DNA from: Rhodothermales bacterium
Lineage (GTDB): Bacteria; Bacteroidota; Rhodothermia; Rhodothermales; JAHQVL01
Assembly (NCBI GenBank): GCA_041391505.1
Contig: JAWKNW010000002.1
Coordinates: forward strand, 166,897-230,896
Direction of reading: 5' to 3'
DNA: 64,000 nucleotides
The translations under genes and the position numbers were made by a program. Positions 48,732 to 57,295 of this stretch are shown one piece after another (within the stretch, counting starts at the first letter, position 1; the number at the start of each line of letters is the position of its first letter). The notes beneath the pieces were generated by a model. The model was not told where the DNA came from, made no database searches, and saw nothing but the letters and a program-made list of their open reading frames with translations.

Positions 48732-49535
48732 ATGAAGCTGCATAAGTGGGAAGAGGAAATCTTCTTCAGCACCGTCCGCATAACAATCGAAGACAGTCAT
48801 GGAGAAGATCTTTCGGTCGGCACCGGCTTCATTATGGGCGTCCCGATCACAAATGAGAAGGGCGACGATAAAGATACTGTCGTGCTCGTTTCCTGCCGGC
48901 ATGTCTTTGAAGAAGCCAATAAGCCGATCAGCCTTAAATTTCACCAGGCGAAGCCAGACAAGAGTGGCCCGCAACTCGGCAGCACACCCATACCTCTAAC
49001 CGAGAATTTCGGCGACCACTATTTGCCTCACCCGAACCCCAAAATAGATCTCGCTTGCATAGGTGCCGTTGGCTTGCGATTCCGCGATGACATCTTTTTT
49101 CGATACGTCGGCCCCGGCATCTTGGCAGACCTCACAGAAGATGATATCTATGCGGGCAAAGAGGTGTTGTTCGTTGGTTATCCGGATGGGCAGTATGATT
49201 GGAGCCACAATCTCCCCATCATGAGGTTTGGACACATCGCGACAGTACCAAGCGTCGATTTTCGTGGCGAGCAGGCCTTTCTAATTGATGCACCAGTGTT
49301 TGAAGGATCGAGTGGCAGCGCTGTCTTTAGCATCATCGACGGCAAATATAGGCTCGTTGGTGTAGTGACCGATACGCTGTTCAAGGAGGACAAAGACCGA
49401 TCCAGCGGCCTAAATATCTCATACAGACATTACCTGCACTTGGGGCTGGTACTAAAGTCGACTCTGATCTATGAGTTGCTTGAACATCTCGTGAAAGAGC
49501 AATTTCCTGGCTTTAGTCTCGGAGTTCCGAGATAA
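48732..49535 (+). CDS. cytoplasmic trypsin-like serine protease (Trypsin_2/S1-like)
   Basis: No signal peptide. Candidate triad: His in VLVSCRHVF, Asp in KIDLACIG, Ser in FEGSSGSAVF. GTGFIMG is an N-terminal beta-barrel motif. It is divergent from the PadR operon. Low GC. Confidence 0.7.
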   Translation: MKLHKWEEEIFFSTVRITIEDSHGEDLSVGTGFIMGVPITNEKGDDKDTVVLVSCRHVFEEANKPISLKFHQAKPDKSGPQLGSTPIPLTENFGDHYLPHPNPKIDLACIGAVGLRFRDDIFFRYVGPGILADLTEDDIYAGKEVLFVGYPDGQYDWSHNLPIMRFGHIATVPSVDFRGEQAFLIDAPVFEGSSGSAVFSIIDGKYRLVGVVTDTLFKEDKDRSSGLNISYRHYLHLGLVLKSTLIYELLEHLVKEQFPGFSLGVPR

Positions 49536-49628
49536 AGATCATGGTCTATTTTTGAGTTCTTCGCTGAAGGTCGCGGGGCTTTTTCGTTCGGACACACTCG
49601 AAAGTGGGGCCATACGGTCATGATGCCG

Positions 49629-50282
49629 TTAAGACGGTCGCCTTACTCCATGACCCTTTCCGTTATCCCAAATCAACCCGTCACGGATATCGATCAAACT
49701 ATTCATGTTTTCCTCCTGCACTGTACGCAGAAGCGCGAAGGTGCGCACTTTGGCTCCGGGATAGACTTGCTTGATGAGGCGAGCACACGCTAAAAGGGTG
49801 CTTCCTCTGGTCACGATATCGTCAACGATCGTGATCGAATCGGAGAAGAGCAGTGTCTCGAGGACAGACATGGTCTCCATATGGGACGCAACCGTTGGCC
49901 GTTCATCTCCCCTGCCCTTCGCAAATGAGGAAGATTTGGGGACTGCATAATCCCTTTTCAGGAGCAGGAGCATCTCGGATCCGACGCCATTTTCAATGAG
50001 CGCCTGGCAGAGTAGTTTTGCTGGCCAGACTGTGTCATCGGAAATGAGCGGAGTACTGCGAGGTACAGGTACGAGCACCGTGCCGGCGTGCAGAAACGTG
50101 CTCAGCGGTGGCTCGTGAATATGTTTCCGAATCGATTGGGCAACGATTCTCAGCTCCTCTATTTTTCCAAACTTGACCGCACTCATCGCCTTGCGCGATC
50201 GCTCAATAAGATATGATTCTCCCCTCGGGGAATAAGCCAGATATGACGCGTATTCAATGCTAGAGCGAGAACGGTTCTGCAT
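49629..50282 (-). CDS. ComF-like phosphoribosyltransferase-domain protein (ShosT-like)
   Basis: SITIVDDIVTRGSTLLA is the PRPP-binding loop of type I PRTases, and VLVPVPRS is a ComF-family motif. It overlaps the upstream DprA-like gene by 23 nt. Confidence 0.7.
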   Translation of the reverse strand: MQNRSRSSIEYASYLAYSPRGESYLIERSRKAMSAVKFGKIEELRIVAQSIRKHIHEPPLSTFLHAGTVLVPVPRSTPLISDDTVWPAKLLCQALIENGVGSEMLLLLKRDYAVPKSSSFAKGRGDERPTVASHMETMSVLETLLFSDSITIVDDIVTRGSTLLACARLIKQVYPGAKVRTFALLRTVQEENMNSLIDIRDGLIWDNGKGHGVRRPS

Positions 50283-50943
50283 CGGTTCGCTCCGGCATCT
50301 CGGCTAGAATGTGGTCCATGTTGCCCCTGGAGAGCATGATCGCGCCGTACTTCATCATCTCCTTCGGCCAGTTCAATTCAGGGTTGGTCAGGACGGACTC
50401 CATTATGAGGAGCTGGCGGCCAAGCCTGAGTGTCTCTTTGGCCTGGTGAAGTGTGCCGCTGTTCTCCGTTGCCTCGACAATGACGGTCGCATCGGTCAAA
50501 AGCGACATCGTCAGATTTCGCATCGGGAAATTGGACCGCTTCATCGGATATCCGATCGGGAACTGAGAAACCGCCAGGTGATCGCGCATGATGCGCTCCT
50601 GTAATGATCGATTCTTAGGCGGATAGAATTCGTCCAGCGGAGTGCCAAGAACAGCTATCGTATTCCCTCCCTCACTGATCGCGGTCTCGTGTGCTGCAGT
50701 ATCAATCCCCTCCGCCAGACCACTCACCACGGTGATTCCGTGACGGACGAGTGCCTTGGTGACGAGTTCGGCGCGCTTTAGCCCTTCGGGTGTCGCCTTC
50801 CTGGAGCCAACAACGGAAATCCGAGATCCTCTCCTACACAGATCGATATCGCCCGCAGCATACAGCACAGTGAGCTGGCGCTTTGACTCCTCCTTATTGA
50901 GTGTCCCCAGCAACTCAGCGATCGTGAATTCCATCGTTTCCAT
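50260..50943 (-). CDS. DprA/Smf-like Rossmann (SLOG) protein (ShosA-like)
   Basis: ISVVGSRKATPEGLKRAELVTKALVRHGITVVSGLAEGIDTAAHETAISEGGNTIAVLGTPLDEFYPPKNRSLQERI is the DprA core signature. There are no C-terminal DprA winged-helix or N-terminal SAM extensions (227 aa). Confidence 0.8.
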   Translation of the reverse strand: METMEFTIAELLGTLNKEESKRQLTVLYAAGDIDLCRRGSRISVVGSRKATPEGLKRAELVTKALVRHGITVVSGLAEGIDTAAHETAISEGGNTIAVLGTPLDEFYPPKNRSLQERIMRDHLAVSQFPIGYPMKRSNFPMRNLTMSLLTDATVIVEATENSGTLHQAKETLRLGRQLLIMESVLTNPELNWPKEMMKYGAIMLSRGNMDHILAEMPERTDAEPFSL

Positions 50944-51335
50944 CGTCGTGCACCAGAAGTAGATTTCTTGTGTCGGTCATTGAGAGGAGCGGGCTCCTGG
51001 TGGTCTCAATGGCCTGTGGAGAGCAAGGATCAAGCTCCTGCACGGCAGTGCCAACCATATGTCATACATATATTTGACGTATGGCACATGTTTTTGTTAC
51101 CGGGGTAATATCGTCCATCGATTGATTGGAATACAGGGGGCGGATGCCTTGATTTTGTGAAGTGTTCAATTTGCGCCAAAGGTTGATTCCGCCGTGTGAA
51201 CATGCCGGCCGGGCCGTCGCGCACATACGTGTTTGCGCGCGAACATAGTCAGCCCATTGATGCCGGCAGCCAGGTTTCGGGGTCGCGTCCACAATAACGG
51301 CACATTGACAATCTCGTCCGATTCACCGTGCACAT

Positions 51336-51373
51336 CGGAAAAAGCAAAAGCGCGCCGAACCTCGCCGGCGCGC
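51336..51373 (-). terminator. rho-independent terminator ending the five-gene minus-strand operon
   Basis: gcgcgccg (51350-57), 8-nt loop, cggcgcgc (51366-73). On the minus strand it is followed by cttttgcttttt. It lies 19 nt after the stop at 51392. Confidence 0.6.
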
Positions 51374-51391
51374 CCTTGCGCTGAATCGGAT

Positions 51392-51592
51392 TCACCCATT
51401 GCACGCACATCCAGCTCCTGTCCTGCAGATCGTATCCTTGTCGATGCATGAGTCTCCGCAGGCCTTCCCCTTGCGGCAGACTTTGCAGCATGCACCTCCC
51501 TCCAAGGTATCGCAAGCAGGAAGTACACTCATGGACGCGAAAGCAATCAGGAGGAATGCCCCGATCCTGATGCATGATTTGACTTTGCGCAT
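51392..51592 (-). CDS. small Cys-rich lipoprotein (66 aa)
   Basis: MRKVKSCIRIGAFLLIAFASMSVLPAC lipobox, then GGACCKVCRKGKACGDSCIDKDTICRTGAGCACNG (8 Cys in about 31 residues). Confidence 0.6.
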   Translation of the reverse strand: MRKVKSCIRIGAFLLIAFASMSVLPACDTLEGGACCKVCRKGKACGDSCIDKDTICRTGAGCACNG

Positions 51593-51679
51593 GACGCTCT
51601 CCCAACGTGGACGGCAACATGCGCTGTTGACCACCTTTCTCGTCGTCGCGTGAGTGCCGGCGCCCGAAAAGGCGCATTC

Positions 51680-52006
51680 CTACTTCCGCTTCTTCCGTGC
51701 CCGGTAGGCCGCCTGGCGGCAGGCATCGGAGCAGTACCTCCCCTGCCCCGCTGGATTCGAGCACTTCACCCAGGCGCACACCTTGCGATCGTTCGGAGCG
51801 TACGTGCCCGCCCGCTTTCTCTCCGCGTCCGCCAGGCGCCGGCATTCGGCGTGATACCGCTTCTGCTTGCCCGTGAGCGGCTGGCCGCACCGGACGCATG
51901 GATAGGCTGTCGTACGCTTGCCAGCCCGGGCCGGCGGCGCGGCCACGACGGCTGCGGATCCTTGGGACTTACGGGCCCCCTCTTCAGGGCTCCCCTGCCC
52001 CATCAC
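51680..52006 (-). CDS. zinc-ribbon-like basic protein (108 aa)
   Basis: CVRCGQPL...YHAECRR and CAWVKCSNP...YCSDACRQAAYRARKKRK. The start overlaps the upstream gene stop (ATGA). Confidence 0.5.
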   Translation of the reverse strand: MMGQGSPEEGARKSQGSAAVVAAPPARAGKRTTAYPCVRCGQPLTGKQKRYHAECRRLADAERKRAGTYAPNDRKVCAWVKCSNPAGQGRYCSDACRQAAYRARKKRK

Positions 52007-52791
52007 TCCCCCGGCTCACCCGGCGTGACGTCGATGACGCTGTGATCGATCTCCCCGCCCTTGCTTCCACTATCGCCCGAATGCGGCGGCAGCTGGAGCG
52101 ATCCGAGGCCGAACCACTTCGATGTCAGCTTCGCCGCGCGCTCTACCGGCACACCGATGGACTTGAGCAGATACGGAAGCTCGATGCGCGCCGACTTCTT
52201 GAGCAGACTCCGAGTCCGGCGCGCCATCGACTCCTTCCAGAGCAGATCCATCCGCTGGTGCTGCACGTGCGCCTTGAGCCGGCGGATGTTGCGCCGGTTG
52301 TCGAGCGCCAGCTGCTTCCTGTCCACGACCTCGAGGCGGCCCTCCACCTCCGTCATGTGCTCGGCGCCCGTAGCCTTCCGATCGGCGTTCGTGATCGGAT
52401 CCACGGCCTGGATGAGGAACGCGAAGAGGAACATGCACGGTGCCGACGTCGGCATGATCCAGGCATAGTAGGTGGAGGTCCACCCCCCTGCCCCGCCCTG
52501 CGCCTGAGCAAGGATGCCGGCCGTCGCGAAGAACATGGCGAACAGCCCGGCCCAGAGCGAGACCCGAAGCATCGGGCCGATCAGGCGTCCGTCCTTCCAG
52601 TGCTGGTATACCGCCCAGAGCATGAGCTCCACCGAGAGGATACCGACCAGCACGAAGACGAAGAAGACGACGTTGCCGCTGTGAGTGAAGGCGTTCACCG
52701 TGTTGTGTGCGCCGGAGTACAGGAGGAACAGCAGATGGATCTTATCCAGCGCCGGCATCTCCCGGTTAAGTGTTGCTTTTTCCTGTGACAT
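52003..52791 (-). CDS. hypothetical membrane protein (4-5 TM N-terminal, coiled-coil C-terminal)
   Basis: 262 aa with hydrophobic segments (IHLLFLLYSGAH, VVFFVFVLVGILSVELMLWAV, VSLWAGLFAMFFATAGIL, CMFLFAFLIQAV), then a charged helical region. Confidence 0.55.
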   Translation of the reverse strand: MSQEKATLNREMPALDKIHLLFLLYSGAHNTVNAFTHSGNVVFFVFVLVGILSVELMLWAVYQHWKDGRLIGPMLRVSLWAGLFAMFFATAGILAQAQGGAGGWTSTYYAWIMPTSAPCMFLFAFLIQAVDPITNADRKATGAEHMTEVEGRLEVVDRKQLALDNRRNIRRLKAHVQHQRMDLLWKESMARRTRSLLKKSARIELPYLLKSIGVPVERAAKLTSKWFGLGSLQLPPHSGDSGSKGGEIDHSVIDVTPGEPGE

Positions 52792-52894
52792 GCTTCGAAA
52801 TGTGTTACAGTTTTCTTAGGTGTCGGGAAACTGTCACGCCTGGGCGCCATGGGGCGGGACGCGCAGGCGTTACGGTCGACATCGGGAAGGGGAG

Positions 52895-53371
52895 TCAGGA
52901 GTTGGAGGCGGCAGCGGCGAGCGCCGGCGATGCGGGCGCCATGCCGGCGGCCGAGTAGGGCGCCGCGCGCTCCTCGTAGCGATCGAAGAGCCAGGAGCCG
53001 GCGGCCGTAAGCTGCTCGTAGAGCGAGCGCTGGTAGCGGATCGTCCGGTTCTCGCAGAAGGCGACACGCGAGCCATCGTAAACGACGTGCTTGGTCCACT
53101 CGTGGGCGATGCCTTCGTAGCCCGGGCCGGCGATGCGGTGCACGTTGTCCGCATCCCCGGGGAGCCGGACCTTGAGGGGCTCGAGCTCGCGGTACATATT
53201 GGCTTCGACCATCATGCTGCGCTGATCTTCGACGATCACGTGATCCGGGTGCTCGGTGACGCGGCGTTCATGGATGCAGCCTTCGTAGCCCGGGCCGAAA
53301 AACTTGAGGAGCGGCTTTTCGTTGAGCCGGCGGACGATGGGGGCGGACGGGGTGTGCTTGATCGATTTCAT
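52895..53371 (-). CDS. hypothetical 158-aa protein with duplicated GPGYEG motif
   Basis: FFGPGYEGCIHERRV and IAGPGYEGIAHEWTK suggest an internal duplication. No family recognised. Confidence 0.45.
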   Translation of the reverse strand: MKSIKHTPSAPIVRRLNEKPLLKFFGPGYEGCIHERRVTEHPDHVIVEDQRSMMVEANMYRELEPLKVRLPGDADNVHRIAGPGYEGIAHEWTKHVVYDGSRVAFCENRTIRYQRSLYEQLTAAGSWLFDRYEERAAPYSAAGMAPASPALAAAASNS

Positions 53372-53417
53372 ATCGGGATACCTGTCGGAATTCGGGACGT
53401 GGAAGAGGGAGGGCGGC

Positions 53418-53792
53418 TCAGCGGCCGACGTGGATGGTGTGGCGGTAGCGGCCTGGCGTCATGCCGGCGGCGCGGGCCTGGGGGTCGCGCTCGAGCGGCT
53501 GGAGGCGAGCTGGGCGGACATAGACCGGGCGGCCCTTCGCCACGACGCGCTCGACGCGGGAGAGGGGGAGCCAGAGCACGCGGCCGGCGCCGGCGTCCCA
53601 GATGGCCAGGGCATCGCGCGTCGCCTGGCCGGCCGGAAGGCAGGCGAGGGAGGAGGCGAGCGGATCGTAGTACGCCAGGAGCCGGCGGAGCCGTGTGGCG
53701 TGCCTCACGTAGAGGACGAGCAGGGTGTAGGGAGCTGCTGCGATCGCGGCGAATACCGGCAGGGCAACAGGCGAGAAGGAGATGCGTTGCAT
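53418..53792 (-). CDS. hypothetical 124-aa protein with N-terminal TM segment
   Basis: The ATG at 53792 is preceded by GGAG 6 nt upstream. MQRISFSPVALPVFAAIAAAPYTLLVLYV. Confidence 0.45.
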   Translation of the reverse strand: MQRISFSPVALPVFAAIAAAPYTLLVLYVRHATRLRRLLAYYDPLASSLACLPAGQATRDALAIWDAGAGRVLWLPLSRVERVVAKGRPVYVRPARLQPLERDPQARAAGMTPGRYRHTIHVGR

Positions 53793-53905
53793 GAAGGTCT
53801 CCAAGTTGGGTTAACAGCTTGATTGGGGACAATTGGCCGTTCGGTGTTCTCAGCACCGGGCGGCCTTTTTCGTTTGAATGCCGTATTATACCAGGATTTT
53901 CTTTA

Positions 53906-53928
53906 CTTGTCAAGAATTACTTGACAAG
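53906..53928. promoter_or_regulatory. perfect 9-bp inverted repeat (candidate operator) in the divergent switch region
   Basis: cttgtcaag, aatta, cttgacaag. It contains TTGACA and lies 35 nt upstream of the XRE ATG (53963) and about 115 nt from the divergent minus-strand operon start. Confidence 0.5.
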
Positions 53929-53962
53929 AGTACAAGATAATTTTAACTTGGTATCAATTTTC

Positions 53963-54253
53963 ATGGACGGACCCTTTCAGCTAGTCTCTGGCGAACTCAT
54001 GGACAGCAAGACGATGGCGCAAATGTGCCGAACGCTCCGAGCGATCAAGAAGTGGACGCAGGAGCAAGTGGCGGATCACCTGGAATCTCGATTGGAGAGA
54101 AAGGTGAGCAAGCAGAGTATTTCTTATGCGGAGAACCCGGAATACCCAGGGCTTGATAAGCTTCGCGTGCAGATCATAGAGGAATTGAGCGGGCGGCAAG
54201 TTGAGGGGCCATTCTGGCGACTCAAGGATGAGCCGGCGGAGGTGGAGGGATGA
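53963..54253 (+). CDS. XRE-family helix-turn-helix regulator
   Basis: LRAIKKWTQEQVADHLESRLERKVSKQSISYAENPE is an HTH_3-like pattern. 96 aa. Confidence 0.65.
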   Translation: MDGPFQLVSGELMDSKTMAQMCRTLRAIKKWTQEQVADHLESRLERKVSKQSISYAENPEYPGLDKLRVQIIEELSGRQVEGPFWRLKDEPAEVEG

Positions 54254-55026
54254 AGCCGATCAAGCACGTGCCCGCCCAGGTGCCACGATCGCTCGGCATT
54301 GTGAATCCGGACGATGTCGATGATCTCTGGCAAGCAGGAGGTCCGCCCGGCACGATCGTGAAGGCCTTTGATGCGCGCATCGAATCGGTCTGGGATCAAT
54401 ACGTCGAGATGGCGAAGACTCGCGGCGTCATGGAGCTCCAGTCGGCGCGCGAAGTCTTGATCCGTTGGCGGGCCCAGCTCGAGAAGGATTTCTGGGAATA
54501 CCAGGAATACGATCCGTACGTCCTCGAAACGAACGCGAAGGAAAGGGCTCGCGATGGGGCGGAAGAACCCTCTGAAGCTCAGAGGCGGCTGGAAGAGTAC
54601 CGGGCGGGCCTGTACGAAAAAGCACTCGTCGGATACAAGGAGACCGAATTCCGGTTGAGCGTCCTGGAGAATGTGCTCTGGCGCCTGATCATGTTCGGCC
54701 AGCTGGAGCCCTATGGCCGTGTCGACAAGAAAACACGGCGGGTGATAGCGAGCGACGATGCCGCGAAGGCGAGCCAGGGGGAGAAGGTGGAGTGGGTACG
54801 GGCCTATATCGAGTCGAATCCGCTACTGTTGAACATCTCCACGAATGCGGACCTGTTCCGGGCGACGGCCAAGTTCAAGGACCTAGGTATCGATGAGAGC
54901 ACGATCCCGAAGGGCGTGAGGGGATACTTCAAATCGATAGGCCATCCGATGCCCAGGACACCCTCGAAATTCAAGCAATATTTCGGTATTCAGCCAAGCG
55001 AGGACAGGAAAATTCGGGAAAATTAG
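54250..55026 (+). CDS. hypothetical 258-aa protein (island regulatory/replication module)
   Basis: The ATG overlaps the XRE stop (ATGA). Charged helical protein, no family recognised. Confidence 0.55.
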   Translation: MKPIKHVPAQVPRSLGIVNPDDVDDLWQAGGPPGTIVKAFDARIESVWDQYVEMAKTRGVMELQSAREVLIRWRAQLEKDFWEYQEYDPYVLETNAKERARDGAEEPSEAQRRLEEYRAGLYEKALVGYKETEFRLSVLENVLWRLIMFGQLEPYGRVDKKTRRVIASDDAAKASQGEKVEWVRAYIESNPLLLNISTNADLFRATAKFKDLGIDESTIPKGVRGYFKSIGHPMPRTPSKFKQYFGIQPSEDRKIREN

Positions 55027-55102
55027 GGATTTCCCGTTTCGTCCTGTGCTGAACCGAGAAAGCGTGCCTAGCTTGTTTCGCAACGAACAAACCAAAGGAC
55101 AG

Positions 55103-55297
55103 ATGGAACGCCGAAAACCACGTAGAAAATACTCATATCACCTGGGCGTGCGACTCACCCGGGACATCGAGGAAGCGCTGGCCGCCGAGGCAAACGCGCG
55201 CGGGCTGGACATGTCGGAAGTAGTCCGAGACCTGCTCAAGAAGGAGCTGATCGAGAGCCGGAGCCAGACGCATCGTCTGGCTGAGTTGGCGCAATGA
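55103..55297 (+). CDS. ribbon-helix-helix (CopG/Arc-like) protein
   Basis: YSYHLGVRLTRDIEEALAAEANARGLDMSEVVRDLLKKEL fits beta-alpha-alpha RHH. 64 aa. Confidence 0.6.
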   Translation: MERRKPRRKYSYHLGVRLTRDIEEALAAEANARGLDMSEVVRDLLKKELIESRSQTHRLAELAQ

Positions 55298-55417
55298 AGA
55301 AGGCCCGCGCCGGCGGCAACCGGTTCGGGCCAGATGTCGATTGAGCTACCTTTTTCATGAAAGAAATCGGGCCGACTGCCCTGAAAAGACGTCGGCCCGA
55401 AAAAGCAAAATCAACAG

Positions 55418-57295
55418 ATGAAATGTAAGCCAGAACCGTCAAAAAAACAACTTCACCTCAACGCCGGTGCAAGGCGGGCCATCCTTCGACTCTTAGCGGG
55501 GCAGGCACCGAACGGAACGCGACCCGATAGCTGCGGCGACTACGCCGAGCTCGTCAGGCAAGTTTACGACGCATACGAATTGGGCGGATCCGATCCGGCG
55601 CGCGACGTCATCGAGCTGGCAGCTGTATCGGATGACACGCTTTTGCGGCTGATGATGGAGGCCGAGCAACTCGCGGAAGCCGAGAGCCTTCGAGATGACT
55701 TGCCGACACTACCGGCCGCCGCTTTCGAGAAATTGCCTGCGATTATCAGCGAATGCTGCGAGAATCTCGACAGGTGGTTCGAGCGAGATGCGTTTCTAAC
55801 CGGAGCATTAGGCACGATCAGTTCCCTTCTCCCCAAGGTCCGATTTCGGTACGGGAAAAAACTGTACAGCGCTCATTTGTTTTTTTTCGTTCTGGCGGAG
55901 GCAGGAAGGGGGAAGGGTGTGCTGACACATTCTCTCGCTCTAGCCGATCTGGTTGACGAATACCTAGTGAGCTGTAGTGACCGTGCGAAGAGCGAGTGGG
56001 ACGAGGCCGTCCGAGCATACGATACAGCGAAGCGCTCAAAGCGACTTGCACTCACCGACCCAGATCCACCAGGCCCGAAACCGCCTGAGCTCCTTCTCCG
56101 AGCGGCGGAGGACACCAATCTTCCTGTTCTGTACCAAAACCTGGCAGCGAATCGCGAGGGCATCCTGATCGGCGCGACGGAGGCAGATATCCTGAGTCAA
56201 GCAAACAAAAGGGGCGACTTCGGCGGCTTCAGCGCGCTTTTCCGGCAAGCTTTTGAGCATGAACGCGCCCAGAAAGCAACAAAAACGGAAGGCACGGTCA
56301 GGGTACATGAGCCACGCATAGCGCTGGTGCTGTCTGGAACCCGCGACCAATTCGCCCCACTGGTGGAGAGTGTCGAAAACGGGCTGTTTTCGAGATTCGC
56401 AGTGTACCGGTTCTCAGCGCCCCTGGAGTATCGATCGCAGCGGCCGCGCCCGGAGGATGTCGCCTTCGTGAAGGCCATCGAGAAGGCGAAGGAGCGGCTC
56501 CTGGCTTTGTACAAGATCCTGGCGACGAGAGAAGAGCCGCTCTATGTGGACATGCCGGCGGCGCGATGGGAGAAAATTGACCAGGCATTCCAGCAGCTCT
56601 TCAATTCAACACTTCGCGACGCGGGGGCGCCCGGTGAACTGGCCGCATCAATATTTAGAGGTGTCGTCATCGCCTTCCGGATCGCAACGATCCTGACGGT
56701 ACTCAGACGCTTTGAGGAGGGTATTCCGCTGGAACGTGTGGCCTCACTGGAGGTGGGGCAGCAAGATGCGGAAGCGGCAACAGCCCTCGCGTTCGTTTAC
56801 GTCGAGCAGGCCATGCGCCAGGCGCTTGATATGCTTCAAAGCCGAGACGCAGACAACGTACTCTCAGCGATCGCCGAGTCCGCAGGATCCGGCCGGCTTA
56901 CCGGCCAGCAACAGTCCCTACTGCAGATGCTACCGGACGAATTTGGCAGGAAGGAAGCCGTAGAAGTTGGGCGAACTCTGGGGGCCGGAACGAGGAGTGT
57001 GGACAGGTGGATTCGTGCGTGGTCAGAAGGCCCGGACGCACTACTCGTCCGCCAGAGGCATGGGGGGTATGTCAAAAGTGGCAATATCGTCAATTCCTGC
57101 GATTCTGAGCCAATTTCGCAGAATAGCGCAGAAATACCCCGTGGCATAAGTGGCAATATTGCCACTTATGAAATTGAGCAAAAACCCTCAAATCGGGCTG
57201 ATTTGGGGGAATATGACGGTTTTGCCGATTTTGCCACAGGTGGTGCCCCTTCCCTGGACGCAGACAATAAGGAGGGTGAAAAATGTCCGTTTTGA
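55418..57295 (+). CDS. large replication-associated protein (DUF3987-like; primase/helicase-associated family of mobile elements)
   Basis: 625 aa. Its position between the regulators and the integrase is that of satellite/ICE replication proteins. FFFVLAEAGRGKGVLTH and IALVLSGT resemble DUF3987 as I remember it. No canonical Walker A was seen. Confidence 0.4.
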   Translation: MKCKPEPSKKQLHLNAGARRAILRLLAGQAPNGTRPDSCGDYAELVRQVYDAYELGGSDPARDVIELAAVSDDTLLRLMMEAEQLAEAESLRDDLPTLPAAAFEKLPAIISECCENLDRWFERDAFLTGALGTISSLLPKVRFRYGKKLYSAHLFFFVLAEAGRGKGVLTHSLALADLVDEYLVSCSDRAKSEWDEAVRAYDTAKRSKRLALTDPDPPGPKPPELLLRAAEDTNLPVLYQNLAANREGILIGATEADILSQANKRGDFGGFSALFRQAFEHERAQKATKTEGTVRVHEPRIALVLSGTRDQFAPLVESVENGLFSRFAVYRFSAPLEYRSQRPRPEDVAFVKAIEKAKERLLALYKILATREEPLYVDMPAARWEKIDQAFQQLFNSTLRDAGAPGELAASIFRGVVIAFRIATILTVLRRFEEGIPLERVASLEVGQQDAEAATALAFVYVEQAMRQALDMLQSRDADNVLSAIAESAGSGRLTGQQQSLLQMLPDEFGRKEAVEVGRTLGAGTRSVDRWIRAWSEGPDALLVRQRHGGYVKSGNIVNSCDSEPISQNSAEIPRGISGNIATYEIEQKPSNRADLGEYDGFADFATGGAPSLDADNKEGEKCPF

